Positions 48,479 through 61,789 of a stretch of 64,000 bases of DNA are shown here, in pieces. A program made the position numbers and the translations under genes. The stretch is taken from NCBI GenBank assembly GCA_028534125.1, contig CM052817.1:42844001-42908000 (forward strand). Direction: 5' to 3'. Each line of letters opens with the position of its first letter. Positions within the stretch are counted from its first letter, which is position 1. This DNA comes from Lama glama. Lineage: Eukaryota. The notes below the pieces were generated by a model, which was given only the letters and a program-made list of their open reading frames with translations, ran no database searches and was not told the DNA's origin.

Positions 48479-50751
48479 AACCATATAGGTTTTGAAAGCT
48501 GCAGGTGCTTCCAGAGCACTCTGGAAGTTCCAATTGACCTTATCAATTCCACAGAGAAAAGACAGTCATTTGGTAAGTGTCTACAGAAGTAATACTTTAG
48601 TTAACTCTCTTGCCTTATAACTGTCCTCTAAAGTGGAGAGTGGAATATAATGGTCCTTAAAAGTCTGAGATCTGAATCCAAAGCATATATTCATACGGGG
48701 TAAGGATAGCCAGATGTAAAATTTAGGTGCATGTGGTGTTTATTTTTATTTTTGGTACCACTGGCCTCCTTGTTTTTAGCATGCTTTGCATATTTTAATG
48801 GCAGAGATTTAGGCACCAAGGCAAGAGAGTAACATTTGGGGAAATAGGATCAACTCAGAAACACCTGACAGAATAGCACGTATACAAATATTTACTTTGC
48901 CCATGATTAAAACAAGTCCAAACACCGTTACAGAAGCTGATGTCATCAGTCTTCATTAATCATAAACACTAAATTCTCATTTTTTAAATATAGTCAACTC
49001 TATGTTATTCTGTGGTTATCCAGATGTATATTGTTCAAAGCTTTACCTGGCAACAAGAGTTTTTGCCGTTTAACAGCTCATTTGTACCTCCACCAGCTTT
49101 GTGACACTCATTACTATCTCTGGCAAAAGATTTGGCGAAAGAGACAGTTGATGCAAATGAGATTTTTAGATTTTCCACACTGTCCCTTTCTACTATGACC
49201 ATGGATAATCAAGAATTGATTGTACAAAGAGCAGAGAATGCAGTTAGGCATTAGCTAAGGAGAGCTTCACACATAAAATCACTAAGAATGCCCTAAAGGG
49301 AGTATCAAGTAAGGTGGAGTAACTATGAAATAAGTTGATATTTTCCTGTTAATGTTATCTGATGCCTTCTGAGAAGTCTTAAGAGAAATGATTACAAAAT
49401 TTATCACAGTAATTCATCAACCCATTTTACAGTAGGGGAACACATACATTGAGTTGCTTTACCTAACGCATATACGGTGATTTGGTAGAGTTGTCAGGAA
49501 TCATTCCATTCAAAAAGTGTGTAATTAAACCCTGCTAAGTTCCAGATATAGTTCCAGGTAGGCACTGAGGATACAAAGACGGTACGACATAGCTGCTGCT
49601 TACATTTTAGTGGAGAGACAAGTAAGTAAGTAAATTATTTCAGTTTAACTTGGCTAATTCTATGATCAGGAAATCCCCAGAGTGCCAGGACATGTGAGAG
49701 CGACATTTATCCAAGTCTGGCAAGTCAGAGAAGTCACTTTGTAGGAAGTGATACCTAAGTTAAGTTGTAAGGGATGATTAGTAGTTGGTTTTAAAAAAGG
49801 GGGAAAGGTAACTTTATTTGATTTATTTTTTATTGAGGTATTGTTGAGTTACAATATATTGTGTGAGTTGCAGTTATACAGCAAAGTGATTCAGTTATAT
49901 ACATTTCAGATTGTTTTTCATTATAGGATACTACAAGATATTGAATATAGTTCTGTGTGCTATACAGTGCTTTCCTAGTTTATGTACAGTAGTTTGTATC
50001 TGTTAATCCCATACTCCTAATTTACCCCTCCCTCACCCCCTTTTTCTCCTTTGGTAACCATAAGTTTGTTTTCTATGTCTGTGAATATATTTCTGTTTTA
50101 TATACAGATTTATTTGTCCTATTTTTCAGATTCCACATATAAGTGATAATCATATTTGTCTTTCTCTGTCTGACTTCACTTAGTTTGATATCCTCTAGGT
50201 CCACCCATATTGCTTCAAATGGCAATATTTCATTCTTTGTTATGGCCATAACATATATATATACACCATATCTTCTTAAACCAATCATCTGATGATAGGC
50301 ACTTGGGTTGTTTCCATTTCTTGACTATTGTAAATAATCCTGCAGTGAACATTGGGGTGCATGTGACTTTCTGAATTAGAGTTTTCATCTTTTCTGGATG
50401 TATGTTCAGAAGTGGGGTTGCTGGGTCATATAGTAGCTCTATTTTAGTTTTTTAAAAAAGGAACCTCCATACTGTTTTCCATAGTGGCCGTACAAATTTA
50501 GATTCCTATTAACAGCACACTAGAGTTCCCTTTTCTCTACATCCTTGCCAGAATTTATCATTTGTAGATTTTTTGATGATAGCCATTCTGTCTGGTGTGA
50601 GGTGATACCTCATTGTGGTTTTGATTTGCATCTCTCTAATACTTAGCTATATTGAGAGCATCTTCCCATGTGCCTGTTGGCCATCTGTGTGTCTTCTTTG
50701 GAGAGGTATCTCTTTAGGTCTTCTGCTCAATTTTCTGATAGGGTCGTTTGG

Positions 50752-50756
<5 letters not shown>

Positions 50757-50786
<30 letters not shown>
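50757..50786. repeat. (TG)15 microsatellite inside the L1
   Basis: Direct read. Confidence 0.95.
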
Positions 50787-50787
<1 letters not shown>

Positions 50788-52445
50788 TATTGAGTTATAC
50801 AAACTGTTTGTATATTTTGGTTATTAACTCCTGTTTGTCACATCATTTGCAAATATTTTTTTCCATTCTGTAGATTGTCTTTTTGTTTTGTTGGTTTCCT
50901 TTGCTGTTCAAAAGCTAGTAAGTTTGATTAGGTCCCATTTGTTTAATTTTGCTTTTATTTATTTTGCTTTGGGAGGCTGGTCTAAGAAAATGTTGCTACA
51001 ATTTATCTCAGAGAATGTTTTGCCTGTTCTCTTCTAGGAGTTTTATGGTCTCATGTCTTATATTAAGGTATTTAAACTATTCTGAGGTTTTTTTTTTTTG
51101 GTATGGTGTGAGGGAGTGTTCTAATTTCATTGATTTACATGTAGCTGTCCATGTTTCCCAAAACCACTTGTTGAAGAGACTGTTTTTCCCTCATTGTACA
51201 TTCTTGTCTCCTCTGTCAAAATTAAATGACCATAGGTCTGTGGATTTATTTCTGGGCTCTCTATTCTATTCCATTGATCTATATGTCTGTTTTTCTGCTA
51301 GGCCCATGCTGTTTTGATTACTGTAGCTTTGCCATATCATCTGAAGCCTGGGAGGGTGATGCCTTCAGCTTTGTTCTTTTTCCTCAGGACTGCTTTGGCA
51401 ATCTTCTGTGGTTCCATATAAATTTTAGGATTATCTGTTCCAGTTCTGTGAAAAATATGGGTTATTTAATAGGAATTGCTATAAATCTGTAGATTGCTTT
51501 GCATAGTTTGCCATTTTAACAATATTAATTCTTCCAATCCAAGAGCATGGGATAGCTTTCCATTTCTTTGAATTTGCTGTAAGTGGATTTTACTATGTTG
51601 AAATATGTTTCCCCTATACCCATTTTGGTGAGAATTTTTATCATGAATTTTATCAAATTTTTTTTCTGTGTCTATTGAGCTCATCAGATGGTTTTGTCTT
51701 TTCTTTTGTTAATGTGGTGTATCATTGTTTGATTTGCATATGTTGAAATTTCCTTGTGACCCTAGAATAAATCCAGCTTGCTCATGGTATATGATTCTTT
51801 TTATGTATTACTGGATTCAGTTTGCTAATATTTCATTGAGGAATGCTGCATCTATATTTATCAAAAACACTGGCTTGTAATTTTCTTTTTTTTGTAGTGT
51901 CTTTGTCTGGTTTTGGGTGATGAGGGCTTCACTGAATTAATTTGGGAGGGTTCCCTCCTCTTGTCTTTTGGAACAGTTTAAAGAGCATAGGCATAAGTTC
52001 TTCTTTGTATGTTTGGTAGAATTCTCCCATGAAGGCATCTGGTCTTTTTTTTTTTTTTTTTTTTTTTTTTGCAGGTTTTGTTTTCATTGGTGTTTGTCTT
52101 GAGGTATTTTCTGATTTCCTCTTTTATTTCATCACTGACACTTTTTTTTTCAGTAACATATTATTTAGTCTCCATGTGATCATTTTTTACCCGTTTTCCT
52201 TTCCATGGTTGATTTTTAATTTCATACTATTGTGGTCAGAACAGATGCTTGAAATAATTTCTACCCTCTTAAATTTCTTGAGGCTTGTTTTGTGTCATAG
52301 AATGTGGTATATCCTAGAGAATGTTCCACATATGCTTGAAAAGAATTTGTATTCTGATTCTTTTGGATGTAGTGTCCTGTAGATACCAATTAAGTTCAGT
52401 GGTTCTACTATGTCATTTAGGATCTCTGTTGCCTTATTGATTTTT

Positions 52446-52748
52446 TCATCTGAAAGATATGTCCATTGAAGTCAGTGGGATGTGAAAGTCTCCTACTACA
52501 ATTGTATGCCTGTCAGTTTCTCTCTTTATATTGGTTACTATCTGTTTTATATAGTTAACTGCTCCTATATTGGGTAAATATATGTTAAGGAGTGTAATAT
52601 CCTTTTCTGGTACTGATCTTTTTATCATTATATAGTGTCTTTCTTTGTCTTTCTTTATGGACTTTGTTTTGAAGTCCATTTTGTCTGAGATGAGTATTGC
52701 TATCCCTGCTTTACTGCCATTTCCATTTGCATGAAACATCTTTTTCAT
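52446..52748 (-). pseudogene. L1 ORF2p endonuclease-domain remnant (not a host gene)
   Basis: FHANGNGSKAGIAILISDKMDFK...NIYLPNIGA...IVVGDFHIPL matches L1 EN motifs (AGVAILI, NIYAPN, GDFN). Confidence 0.92.
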
Positions 52749-53500
52749 CTCTTCACTTTCAACCCATGTGTTTCTTTCACCCTAAAGTGAGTCTCAGGGA
52801 AAGGTACTTTTAGACAGAAATAAGAACATGGACAAAAACATGAAGAATTAGGAGAACCTGACAAGTATAAGCAGCTCTATAATCTGGATACTAAAGTGTG
52901 AATGATGTAGAATCAGGCAATGAGAAAGGAGACATTAAGCCAGTCATGGAATTACCTCAATTACCTTTGTTAAGAAGATTGAGCTGCATCCAATAAATGA
53001 TGAGAAGCCATTGAAGAATTTTAACTATGAATAATGTGGCTGCATTCGTGTTTCAAATATATCATTCCAGATAGATAGAGTGAGTGGGTTTGAATAGTAG
53101 GGAAGATGATATGAACAAGGGAAAGCTGTTGAAAGTATTAAGATGAGAAGCTCTTAGCTAAATAAAAGGAAGTTCAGGTGAGGAGAAAGGGAGATACTCA
53201 AACATTTATAAGACAAATTGTCAGGATTTCTAAATACTTGGTTATAGTAGAAGAGGCAAAGGAAAGACTATAATTGCTTCTAGGATTCTAGGCAGGAAAC
53301 AGATCAAGAAACAAGCGAAGAAGACTTGGTGGGTAATGAGTTCAGTACTGGCAATGTTGAGACCATCCAAGGAGAGAGAACAAACCTGCATTTTCATATT
53401 CAAGTGAAATTCAGGTTAATGATGATATACATATGGGAATTATCAGCATAGTAGATCAAAGTATGAGAGTGAATGAACTACTCAAAGAGACAGCATAAAA

Positions 53501-53615
53501 CATTGGTTCTCAACTCTGGCTGCCTATTAGAAGCAATTGAAAAGATGCTTATGCCCAAGCATATGTCAGACCACTGAAATCAGAATTCATAGAGGTGTAA
53601 CTAGAGTCTGGTATT
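53501..53615. mobile_element. MER5-like hAT-Charlie fragment
   Basis: CATTGGTTCTCAACTCTGGCTGCCTATTAGAA...CAGACCACTGAAATCAGAAT. Confidence 0.65.
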
Positions 53616-56600
53616 ACTGTATAAGTGAAAACAAAGATGGACCCAAGACTGTAAGCCCCTGAAGAAAACAAAAAAGAAATTATCAGAAGCAAGTAGATGA
53701 AGAGAACCAGAAAAAAAGAAAATCTGCCACTACTTTCCTACTCTCAGTTGTACTCACTACAACAGAATGAATATGACATAATTGTTGTTTTAAAAATAAA
53801 CACTGTGATACGCTATCATCTCATAAATCCTTGACCACCACAATAGCAACCCACTTCAAGAGTTCACATTCTACTTTACCAGTATAGAATTACTTAGCTG
53901 GCTATGCCCCATCATAAAAAAATGTGTTCCCAAAAGTTTCATTTCCTTTAAAGGATGGTGAAACACATATTATTTTAACTGATCAGATATGTTCAATAAT
54001 TATAAGAGCTCAAAGATAAAATCAAAATTATTTATGGAACAAATAACTTTCTTCTTAAGGATTTATCTGTTTAGCTATTTTATTTTTCTTAAAGGACTGT
54101 TATTTGTGGGGTGGAATAGAACTTGAATACATTACAGGTTGAAATTTAAAAGTTAATGTACCTATTTATATCTATATTTGTAATATTCAGCACCCAAGGT
54201 ATATATAGAATGTCTGTTCCCCAAAGTTATACTATAGTTTTATTGACAGAGGCAATATAAATACACTCCTTTTTAGATGTAACTGGAAGTGTGATTATGA
54301 CCTCTAACAATGGTAATTCAAGTATTAATTACCATCCATTTCAGGAACTGGCAGCATCCATCAATTATAGCATTAGCTACACAGCAATTGCAGCTGGAAA
54401 AAGTAGAATTAGTGTATAAACTACTGTCACTCACCTGAAATTTTACACTTCTAATTAGTGAGCCAGTAAAGCTGTCAATAACTAAATGCCCAATGATTGG
54501 CCTTAAAGACAGCAATTTCCCAAACCTTCCTTAAACTTGCTCATCCAACATTGTTATTGCATTTCTTCCTAGTTCAGAATTCAAACCGTCTGAAATAAAA
54601 CTCTTTAGTTTGGCTTTTGGTAACATTCCTTAACACTTAAGAGGAACAACTGGACAGATGGATCATGGGTGGTATTAGAACTGAAAATTGTTTCTTCTAA
54701 TCCAGGACTCTATTGCTGAGTTGAATGGACTCTTGATTTCCTTTATAAGAGATTTTTCAAATGAGCCTTTGAAGTGTGGAATTTGTGCTTCTTAAATGCA
54801 CGTGTTCTTCCCTCTCATTCTCAGGCTTTCATAAATGTTATTTTAGATGCACATACTCTTCTATGTCCTCCAAGACTAGCTAATTCCCACTTATGCTAAG
54901 GGTTCATAGATATCTATTTGCATGAATTATTTGTATTGGGAAAAAAAGATCTGTGTTGTATGGGTGACTCAGTTTCATGTGGGTGAAGGTGTGAGGGGAT
55001 AAAAGATAGTAAATGAAACTTTCAAACATTCTTCTTGGTCTGTTTCAAACCACATCTGTTAAAATACAGTATTATCTGGTAAGGACAGACAGGATATGTT
55101 TGTTTGAAATCAAACATAATCAATCTCCAGTATAATTTGCTAAACGCTGAATGATTAAGTTTTGAAATTATGGACAAAGGGTTTTCTCTGTAATATTTCC
55201 AAAACGGTTAACTGATTATTTGGGAATCAGTTCCCACTCAATGAGTATAATCTCCTTATATTTAGATTACAGGATTACCTGAAAGTGTCTCCACGTCTCA
55301 CATGCCACATTAGATGTTTTATCAATAACAAGATACATTCAGAATATAATATGGATATAAAGGTTGAAATGTATTAAGCAGCATTTTCACTTAGAAGGCT
55401 GAATCTGTGTGTTGTGGTGAGACATCAAATCTAATGTCAAAACCTCCTTGTAAGACAACACAATTTTTCATAATGATGAGAAATAGCAACCAAACTGATT
55501 TTTAAATTAATTTACTGGTCTCATGTGTCATTAAATAGTATGTATAGATTGTGTAATATAAGAAGGTTATACTCTTGCCCCCAAAGAGTTAAATCAAACA
55601 CTTGGAGAGAACTGCACATCTTTCACACGCTTTTCTGCCCCTGCTACAGAGTTGATGGAATATCAGGGCGCCTGGATTCTTAGGATACCCTCGGGGGTAT
55701 CTTTAAAGATTTATGTAAAAAGCTATATGGCACCAATAACAAGGTAGACTCATGAACTCTCACTGTCAAAAAGAGCACTACACTGTGAATATAACAATAG
55801 ATATTTTGCAGTGTAATGGGAAGCAAATGCCCCCAAACAAAAATTCTTTTAAATTAAAATACCTTTGACTAAAATGAAATAAAACTTTTTGCATTAAAAT
55901 TTTTACATAATGGAACTAAAGACAGATTATGGGAATAATGGGATTCCTGATGTTTTCAGCTAGAGTTGGGTGTCTGACTGTCTTATGGAAAAGATATCCT
56001 CTGTGTCCTATTTGTATCCTCTCCATCCTCACACAATCCATGAGGCACGCCTTGTTTTGGCAGTCTCCCAGCCAGAAAGTCAAAATATTAAGAAATCAGT
56101 TACAAAGGGAGGTGACTCATCTGAAAATATTTGCATTACACTTCCCACTGAGCAAGAAGCTTAAAAAAGGAACTTAGTAATAAAATTTGGGGGGAGAAAG
56201 TCAAATAAGAGTTCAAGTAGAACTCAACTTATCTGTTCAGGAAACTGCTACACAATTTGATTCGTATAGTCTATTTTAAAAACGTATGTCCATATTTTAC
56301 TGACAGCAAAGCATAAGGCTTGAGTGAAAGAAACTTGCCATTTCTCTTTGTTCTCCAAATCTATGCTTTCACCCACTAAAGTCTACAGATATTCCAATCA
56401 ATCATTCTTTAGGGGTACCTTCCATTTTTCTACAGTCATGGGAGAGTCACAAAAACTTCGATGTATAACAGAAGTCTCTCAGTCTATAACCAACTTGCCT
56501 ACCTTTTCTTCACATGGTGATTCAGTGCTTGTTCAGACACTGATTTTCCATTGTCCACTCACTTTGTAGTTCTGTGTGCAGTGTTTCTCACGTGCTTAGC

Positions 56601-56816
56601 GTTTTATTGGGACAACATGGTCCTTATGTGGGCTGATAGTTTTTGCTGGCAGCATCATTCTTTTCCAAAGCCCAGTGTTTGGTGACTCACTCTTCCTTGT
56701 TATCCTACAACCATTCCCTGGCCTGGATCTCCAAGTATTTCAGAGATGCTGTGTTCCAATGGACTTGATCCATGCACTTATCCTACAAGGAACCCACAAT
56801 CGTGTCTCCTGTCCCC

Positions 56817-57014
56817 CAGGTGAGCCAACCCTTAAGTTGTGCAGCATGTGAACTGCACAACTGAACCTGGTTAGGTGGTATGTGGGGGAGCTGTAATCCA
56901 GCCCTGCTTCCCTGGCTAAGCCTGTGTCTTAGCTCTGGGTTGTAGCTGCCCAGAGAGTGAGCCTTTTTCTACTTTACACAAAAATCTAGTATAGGGCAGT
57001 CAGTGGTGGCCCAG
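56817..57014 (+). mobile_element. MER91A-like hAT-Tip100 element
   Basis: AGTTGTGCAGCATGTGAACTGCACAA...GCTGTAATCCAGCCC...GCCTTTTTCTACTTTACACAAA...GGTGGCCCAG. Confidence 0.7.
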
Positions 57015-57304
57015 GTCTAACACCATTCTGGTTTAGGCCACTCTCCCTGCAGTCTCCTCTAGGGTAGATTCTATTCTTGTATAATCCATTGAATTGCCTT
57101 AATGAGTCTGAAACAAAAAGCTATTAAGACTTTCCTGCTACCACTCTTCCCCCACCTCATAAGGAGAAGCTAAACTTTAGGAATAAAGACCTGGTTCCTG
57201 TTCTGAGTGGCTGGGGGAGATGGGAAATGAGGTAGAGCCGAGAAGTCTCTTCAAATAAATCTAAAGCAAAGTATTGAGAGAAAATGAAAAAGAACAATTA
57301 ACAC

Positions 57305-58065
57305 CTCACTGTATGCCACACTCATGTTATCTAATTTAATCCTTACAAAACTTGGGAGATACTATAATTCTCAGTTTACGGGTAATGAAACTGAGGCAGA
57401 GAGATTACCCATGAGGTGAGGCTGAAAGTCACATACTTACTAAATGGCAGAAGTGTTAGGTAGTTAGATAAGTGGGGGCACCAGGCAGATAGGTGGAGGA
57501 GAGGGGGATGGTCCAGAAGATGACGTTATGCTCACCTTCAGCATAAAGGGTCTTTACTTTTCCTTAATGAGCACCAGCAAGACACCGGGTAAGACCCAAC
57601 AGACTGCGTGGTATAGTGAAAAGGACTTAACTGGACATGACCTAATGTTCATTGTACTATAATTAACACTGCGAATTAGCCCCTACCCTTGAGTTTTTCC
57701 ATATATACTATGAGTAAGGACATGCGCAAAGGGATTAAACAAGACTAAGCACTCCAGGGACAAGAGCCCTCAATCAATCAAAAGACCACCTCTAAGCAAG
57801 GGTATAAGAGAAAGTGGAAACAAGAACACCTCGACTCCCCCTTGAATCAGCCCACCTCCTGCTCTTAGAAGCATACTCTTCTTTTCCCAAATAAATCTTT
57901 AAAAATTTTTTTGCTACAAAACACTTTCCATCTCCCATCTGTAAATCTTATCTTTTGGGTAAGACAAGAATTGGGGTCTATTCCATTTTCCTTTTGGGTA
58001 ACAGAATCAAGACTTGAACCCAAGCATTCCTGTTCCAAAGTCAGTGCAATTAACCACTACCCCAT
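57305..58065 (-). mobile_element. MIR split by an ERV1 LTR
   Basis: GAAACTGAGGCAGAGAG...CTAAATGGCAGAAG before the LTR; GACTTGAACCCAAGCA...TTAACCACTAC after it. Confidence 0.85.
57454..58003 (+). mobile_element. ERV1-type solo LTR (550 bp)
   Basis: TGTTA...TAACA terminal inverted ends, TATA-like GTATAAG near 57803, AATAAA at 57890-57895, flanks GAAG / GAAT. Confidence 0.88.
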
Positions 58066-58139
58066 GATAACTCTATGACTTACTCTGTTACAAAAGTAAT
58101 TTGGGAAAATTGTTCAAAGGATTTGTTCTCTAAAAACTA

Positions 58140-59430
58140 TGAAGCAGATAAAGCCACTTTGGAAGACAATTTGGCAGTTTCTTACAAAGTTAAACGGTCT
58201 TACCATAGAATCCAACAATCAGTCCTGGATATTTACACGTCTGATTTGAAATTTTATGCCCCACCAAAACCTGGACATGAATGTTTATAGCTTTAACTAT
58301 AATTGCCAAAAATGAGAAACAACCAAGACATCCTTCAATAGGTGAATAAACAAACTGTGTATCATCCTTACAACTGAATATTACTTAGTAATAAAAAGAA
58401 ATGAGCTATCAAATAACAAAAAGATATGAATGAATTTTAAATGCATATTGCTTAGTGAGAGAAGTCAGTCTGAAAAAGCTATATACTATGTGATTCCAAT
58501 TTTAATTATATGACATTCTGGAAAAGGAAAAACTATAGAGACAAAAAGATCAGTGATTATAGGGAGTTTAGGGGAGGGAGGATAGATTGAAGACATAAAG
58601 CACAGGGGATTTTTTTAGGGCACTGAAACCATTCTGTATGGGACCATATAGCAAAATCCATAGAACTTGGCAGCACAAAGAGTGAAACTTAATGTATGAA
58701 AATCTTTAGAAAATCATTTAGGAAGTCAGGAGATTCCAGGAAAGAATGGTAAGAGAATCTAACTATTTGACAAAGGTATGAAACAATCTCACTGAGGGGC
58801 ATGTGGGAAAAGATACTAACTTAAATAGCTTTGGAAATTAATGGAGTTGGGAAGACTAAAGGCAAACAAATGGACCATAATCACTGTACTCTACTTGATA
58901 AAGTTGTTTCACACAGGTATAGGGTTAACAATTGCGGAATTGCTGTACATGTACACTAGAATTTAATAACTAACTAAATAGATAGGAGATGGTAGAAACC
59001 AGGTTTCTCACAGTTGGAATATAGATACATATGGTTACATGCATAAATATTTATAGATATACATTCTTTGCTCCATCTGCTGAGAAGGCCTAAAAGAAAT
59101 GACATCAAGTAGCAACAAGCAGACTTTGCACCCAGATCTTGGCTTCTAATACCATTTTTCAATAAAAGAAACCATAGCTCCTTGTAGAAATGGCAAATTC
59201 TAGGACTAGGGCAGAGAATATACAAGAGGAGATGGAGCATCTTTTACTGCCAAAAAGTAAAGAAGTACACACACACACACATATACACACACATACACAC
59301 ACATACAAGTTGATGGGGATATGCAAAGAAAAATATGTTCCCAAAGGCCAAACTGCTAACAGTTTGGACAATAAAATAAAATAGTATTGAATTATAACAC
59401 AAAGTATAAATGTAATCCAAAGGAGAATAT
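58140..59430 (+). mobile_element. L1MC/L1MD-like 3' region with (CA)n
   Basis: GCCACTTTGGAAGACAATTTGGCAGTTTCTTA; long 3' UTR motif GCACCCAGATCTTGGCTTCTAATACCA. Confidence 0.85.
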
Positions 59431-59599
59431 GAGAAGACAGTTTCAAGCTATACCATTATTACCCAGCTTCTACTGCAACGTCCTAAGAACCAGGCAAAGA
59501 AAATTGGAAAGTCTAAGCTTTTTCAGGAGCTGGTGAATAGACCTGTTAAGCTGAAATAGTGACCTCATGTACAAGATTGATATTACAAAGGAAGCCAAG

Positions 59600-60180
59600 G
59601 CCAAACTATCATGAACCTTTATCTTATAGGCAATGAAAAGGCTGATGAATATGAACTTCAGTGTAAATCATGAAATCAGGGACACTGAAAGTCTATAAAG
59701 TCAAGAGGATCAATTAGAAAGCTATTACAGAAGTCCAAGATAATAGATGCTGATCAAGAACTGTGGCAGTAGGACTGGAGAGAATAAACCGATATTTGGA
59801 AGGAATAATTAATAGATTTAATAGTGAAGAAGAATAAAAATGAGTCAAGGCTAACTGAAGTTTTTGAATTTAAGTGAGTGGTAGTGCCATTAACTAAAAA
59901 AAAAAAAATAGAAAGAAAAAACTGATTTAGGGGAAAAAATCACTTAAAAAATCCACTTAGAATAGAAATGTCTAACAGAGATGCAAGTTCATAATTCAAT
60001 TGTAGTAAAATGCACCTGGTAAGCACTTTATAAATTCCTGTTAATAAATGAGTAAATAAACAAAATCAGAAGATCTACTTTGGAGATAAAGATTATAGAA
60101 TCATCTAAATATAATAAAACTTGAAATAAGAGGCTAGATGAGATCTCTAAGAAATGCCATGTAGAAAGAAAAAAAGCTGA
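59600..60180 (-). mobile_element. L2 fragment
   Basis: CAATTAGAAAGCTATTACAGAAGTCCAAG...GAGTCAAGGCTAACT...GGTAGTGCCATTAACT. Confidence 0.7.
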
Positions 60181-60241
60181 CAATGGTCAATTAGATGCCA
60201 ACAATAGGAAGTAATATAAATGATATTTTCTGAAGATAATA

Positions 60242-60809
60242 TGACAAAATTAGATGACAATAATGAAATCTGAGACTACCTACTTCTATGTATCTTAACT
60301 ATCAGGTCTGAGAACAGCATCCACATGACTTTACTATTTGTTCCAGGAAATTCTTGACCAGGAATATAAAGCTATAGACCAAAAAATAACTATATCATTA
60401 ATTTCAGGAAATTCTTGCAAACCAATTTGTCCAGGAAAATAGCTCTGGGCAAATATCTTTTGTGTCATTACAATAGAATATTTATGCAGGCAAACAGTTT
60501 ACCTATCAAACAATAGTTTACTTATCAAGACTCTCTTCATGACTCTAACCTCATTATATTCTCAATATTAAACCATTACGTCGTGAAGTTTGCCCAATTC
60601 AAATCACTTTCCTACTCAAAGACCTATCTTAAACCATTTGAACCCAGAACTGAAAACCCTATAGAAATCTTCCACTGATCTCCTCCTTCTAATACAGTAC
60701 AAAGGTCATAGCAAAGTGCTGTTCTCCCTTCCTACAATAGGTCATATATCTTTAGCTTTGCTTTATTGTCAGGTTTTCTGGTGGACTTCTGGGCAGTTGA
60801 TAATTGACA
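60242..60809 (+). mobile_element. Old ERV1 solo LTR (MER110/MER90-like)
   Basis: TG...CA ends with AATA flanks; 3' part GTGCTGTTCTCCCTT...TTAGCTTTGCTTTATTGTCAGG...TTGACA. Confidence 0.65.
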
Positions 60810-60814
60810 AATAT

Positions 60815-61230
60815 AAAATCAAAGAAAGTCTCACTTCTGGGGAATTTGAAAAATAAAGTTAAAATATTGTTCAAATCTTAAGTCAAAGAGGAAATCCAAA
60901 CCAACATTGCTGAATGTATATGAACATACAATACATAGGATACAGCTAAACCACTGAGCTAAGGAAAATATACAGCCTAAAATACATACATTAGAAAATA
61001 AAAATAACTACAAAATTAACCTTAGGAAAGCAAAATAAGGGGATTAATGAAGATAAAGGCATAAATTAATGAATTAGAGAACAAAAACAGTAGGATGAAT
61101 AATGTATCCCAAAGCTAGTCCTTAGGGGGAAAAAATTAAAAGAATACCCAATAAAAACCACAAAAATTTACAGTAATTGTCCTGTAATAAACATTACCAA
61201 GTTCAATTAAAACGAACAGAAACATTAAAA
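60815..61230 (+). mobile_element. Old L1 ORF2 fragment
   Basis: GGATACAGCTAAAC...GGAAAATATACAGCCTAAAATACATACATTAGAAAA pattern. Confidence 0.6.
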
Positions 61231-61249
61231 AATGCAAAAAAGATTTTGG

Positions 61250-61655
61250 ACTCCCAGACTTTTTTCTGCAGAAAGCAGGCTAAGATAAATATCCAAGTTG
61301 CAATCATGGGCCATTTATTACATGAAAAGAAGAATGACTTAGAGGGTGGAGCCAACATCTACAGGCAAAAGTTCACACAAAGTAGGACCAGACCCCAGTC
61401 AAGGAACTGGAAAAATGCGCCGACATAAATTTCACAATTGCTATGGACAAAGATTTCTATGTGCATCATACTTCCCATTTGTTTAGAACAGCAATTCAAT
61501 CATCTTATACCTATGTCACCACTATACATAAGATATATTATGGATCTCGGATAATCTTGTCTGCTTGGTTCACAAATGTTTAGATCAAAAGGAACATTAG
61601 TAAAGGAGGTGTATCAAAGGAACAACATCTGAAAAACCTTATCCACACCTGAACT
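61250..61655 (+). mobile_element. MaLR internal (MLT1-int-like) fragment
   Basis: AATTGCTATGGAC...GATAATCTTGTCT...GTTCACA...CCTTATCCACACCTG. Confidence 0.6.
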
Positions 61656-61789
61656 TCTTAGAAAACCTCCATAATTAAAACAATAGAATTTCATTTAACA
61701 CTACCAAAACTAAATCAATAATGTCATTTAAGTAACTCTTCAAAATAGCCAAAGAAAAGCCAAAACATGTCTGGAGATACAAGCACATG

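Larger units (their letters stand above)
49816..52796 (-). mobile_element. L1 from ORF2 endonuclease to 3' UTR, with two internal deletions
   Basis: TSD GGGAAAGGTA(A)CTTT at 49801-49815 and 52797-52810; antisense 3' UTR, C-terminal, RT-proximal and EN segments. Confidence 0.92.
49500..53500 (-). mobile_element. L2 split by a 3-kb L1
   Basis: TCATTCCATTCAA...GGCACTGAGGATACAAAGA at left; continues after 52810 (GAGAAGCCATTGAAGAATTTTAA). Confidence 0.75.

Noticed and set aside
50615..52382. Hydrophobic, membrane-protein-like ORFs
   Set aside because: Antisense frames of L1 ORF2; the T-rich strand gives F/L/I-rich peptides.
55680..55705. Hairpin GATACCC-TCGG-GGGTATC
   Set aside because: A 7-bp stem is expected by chance in 64 kb.
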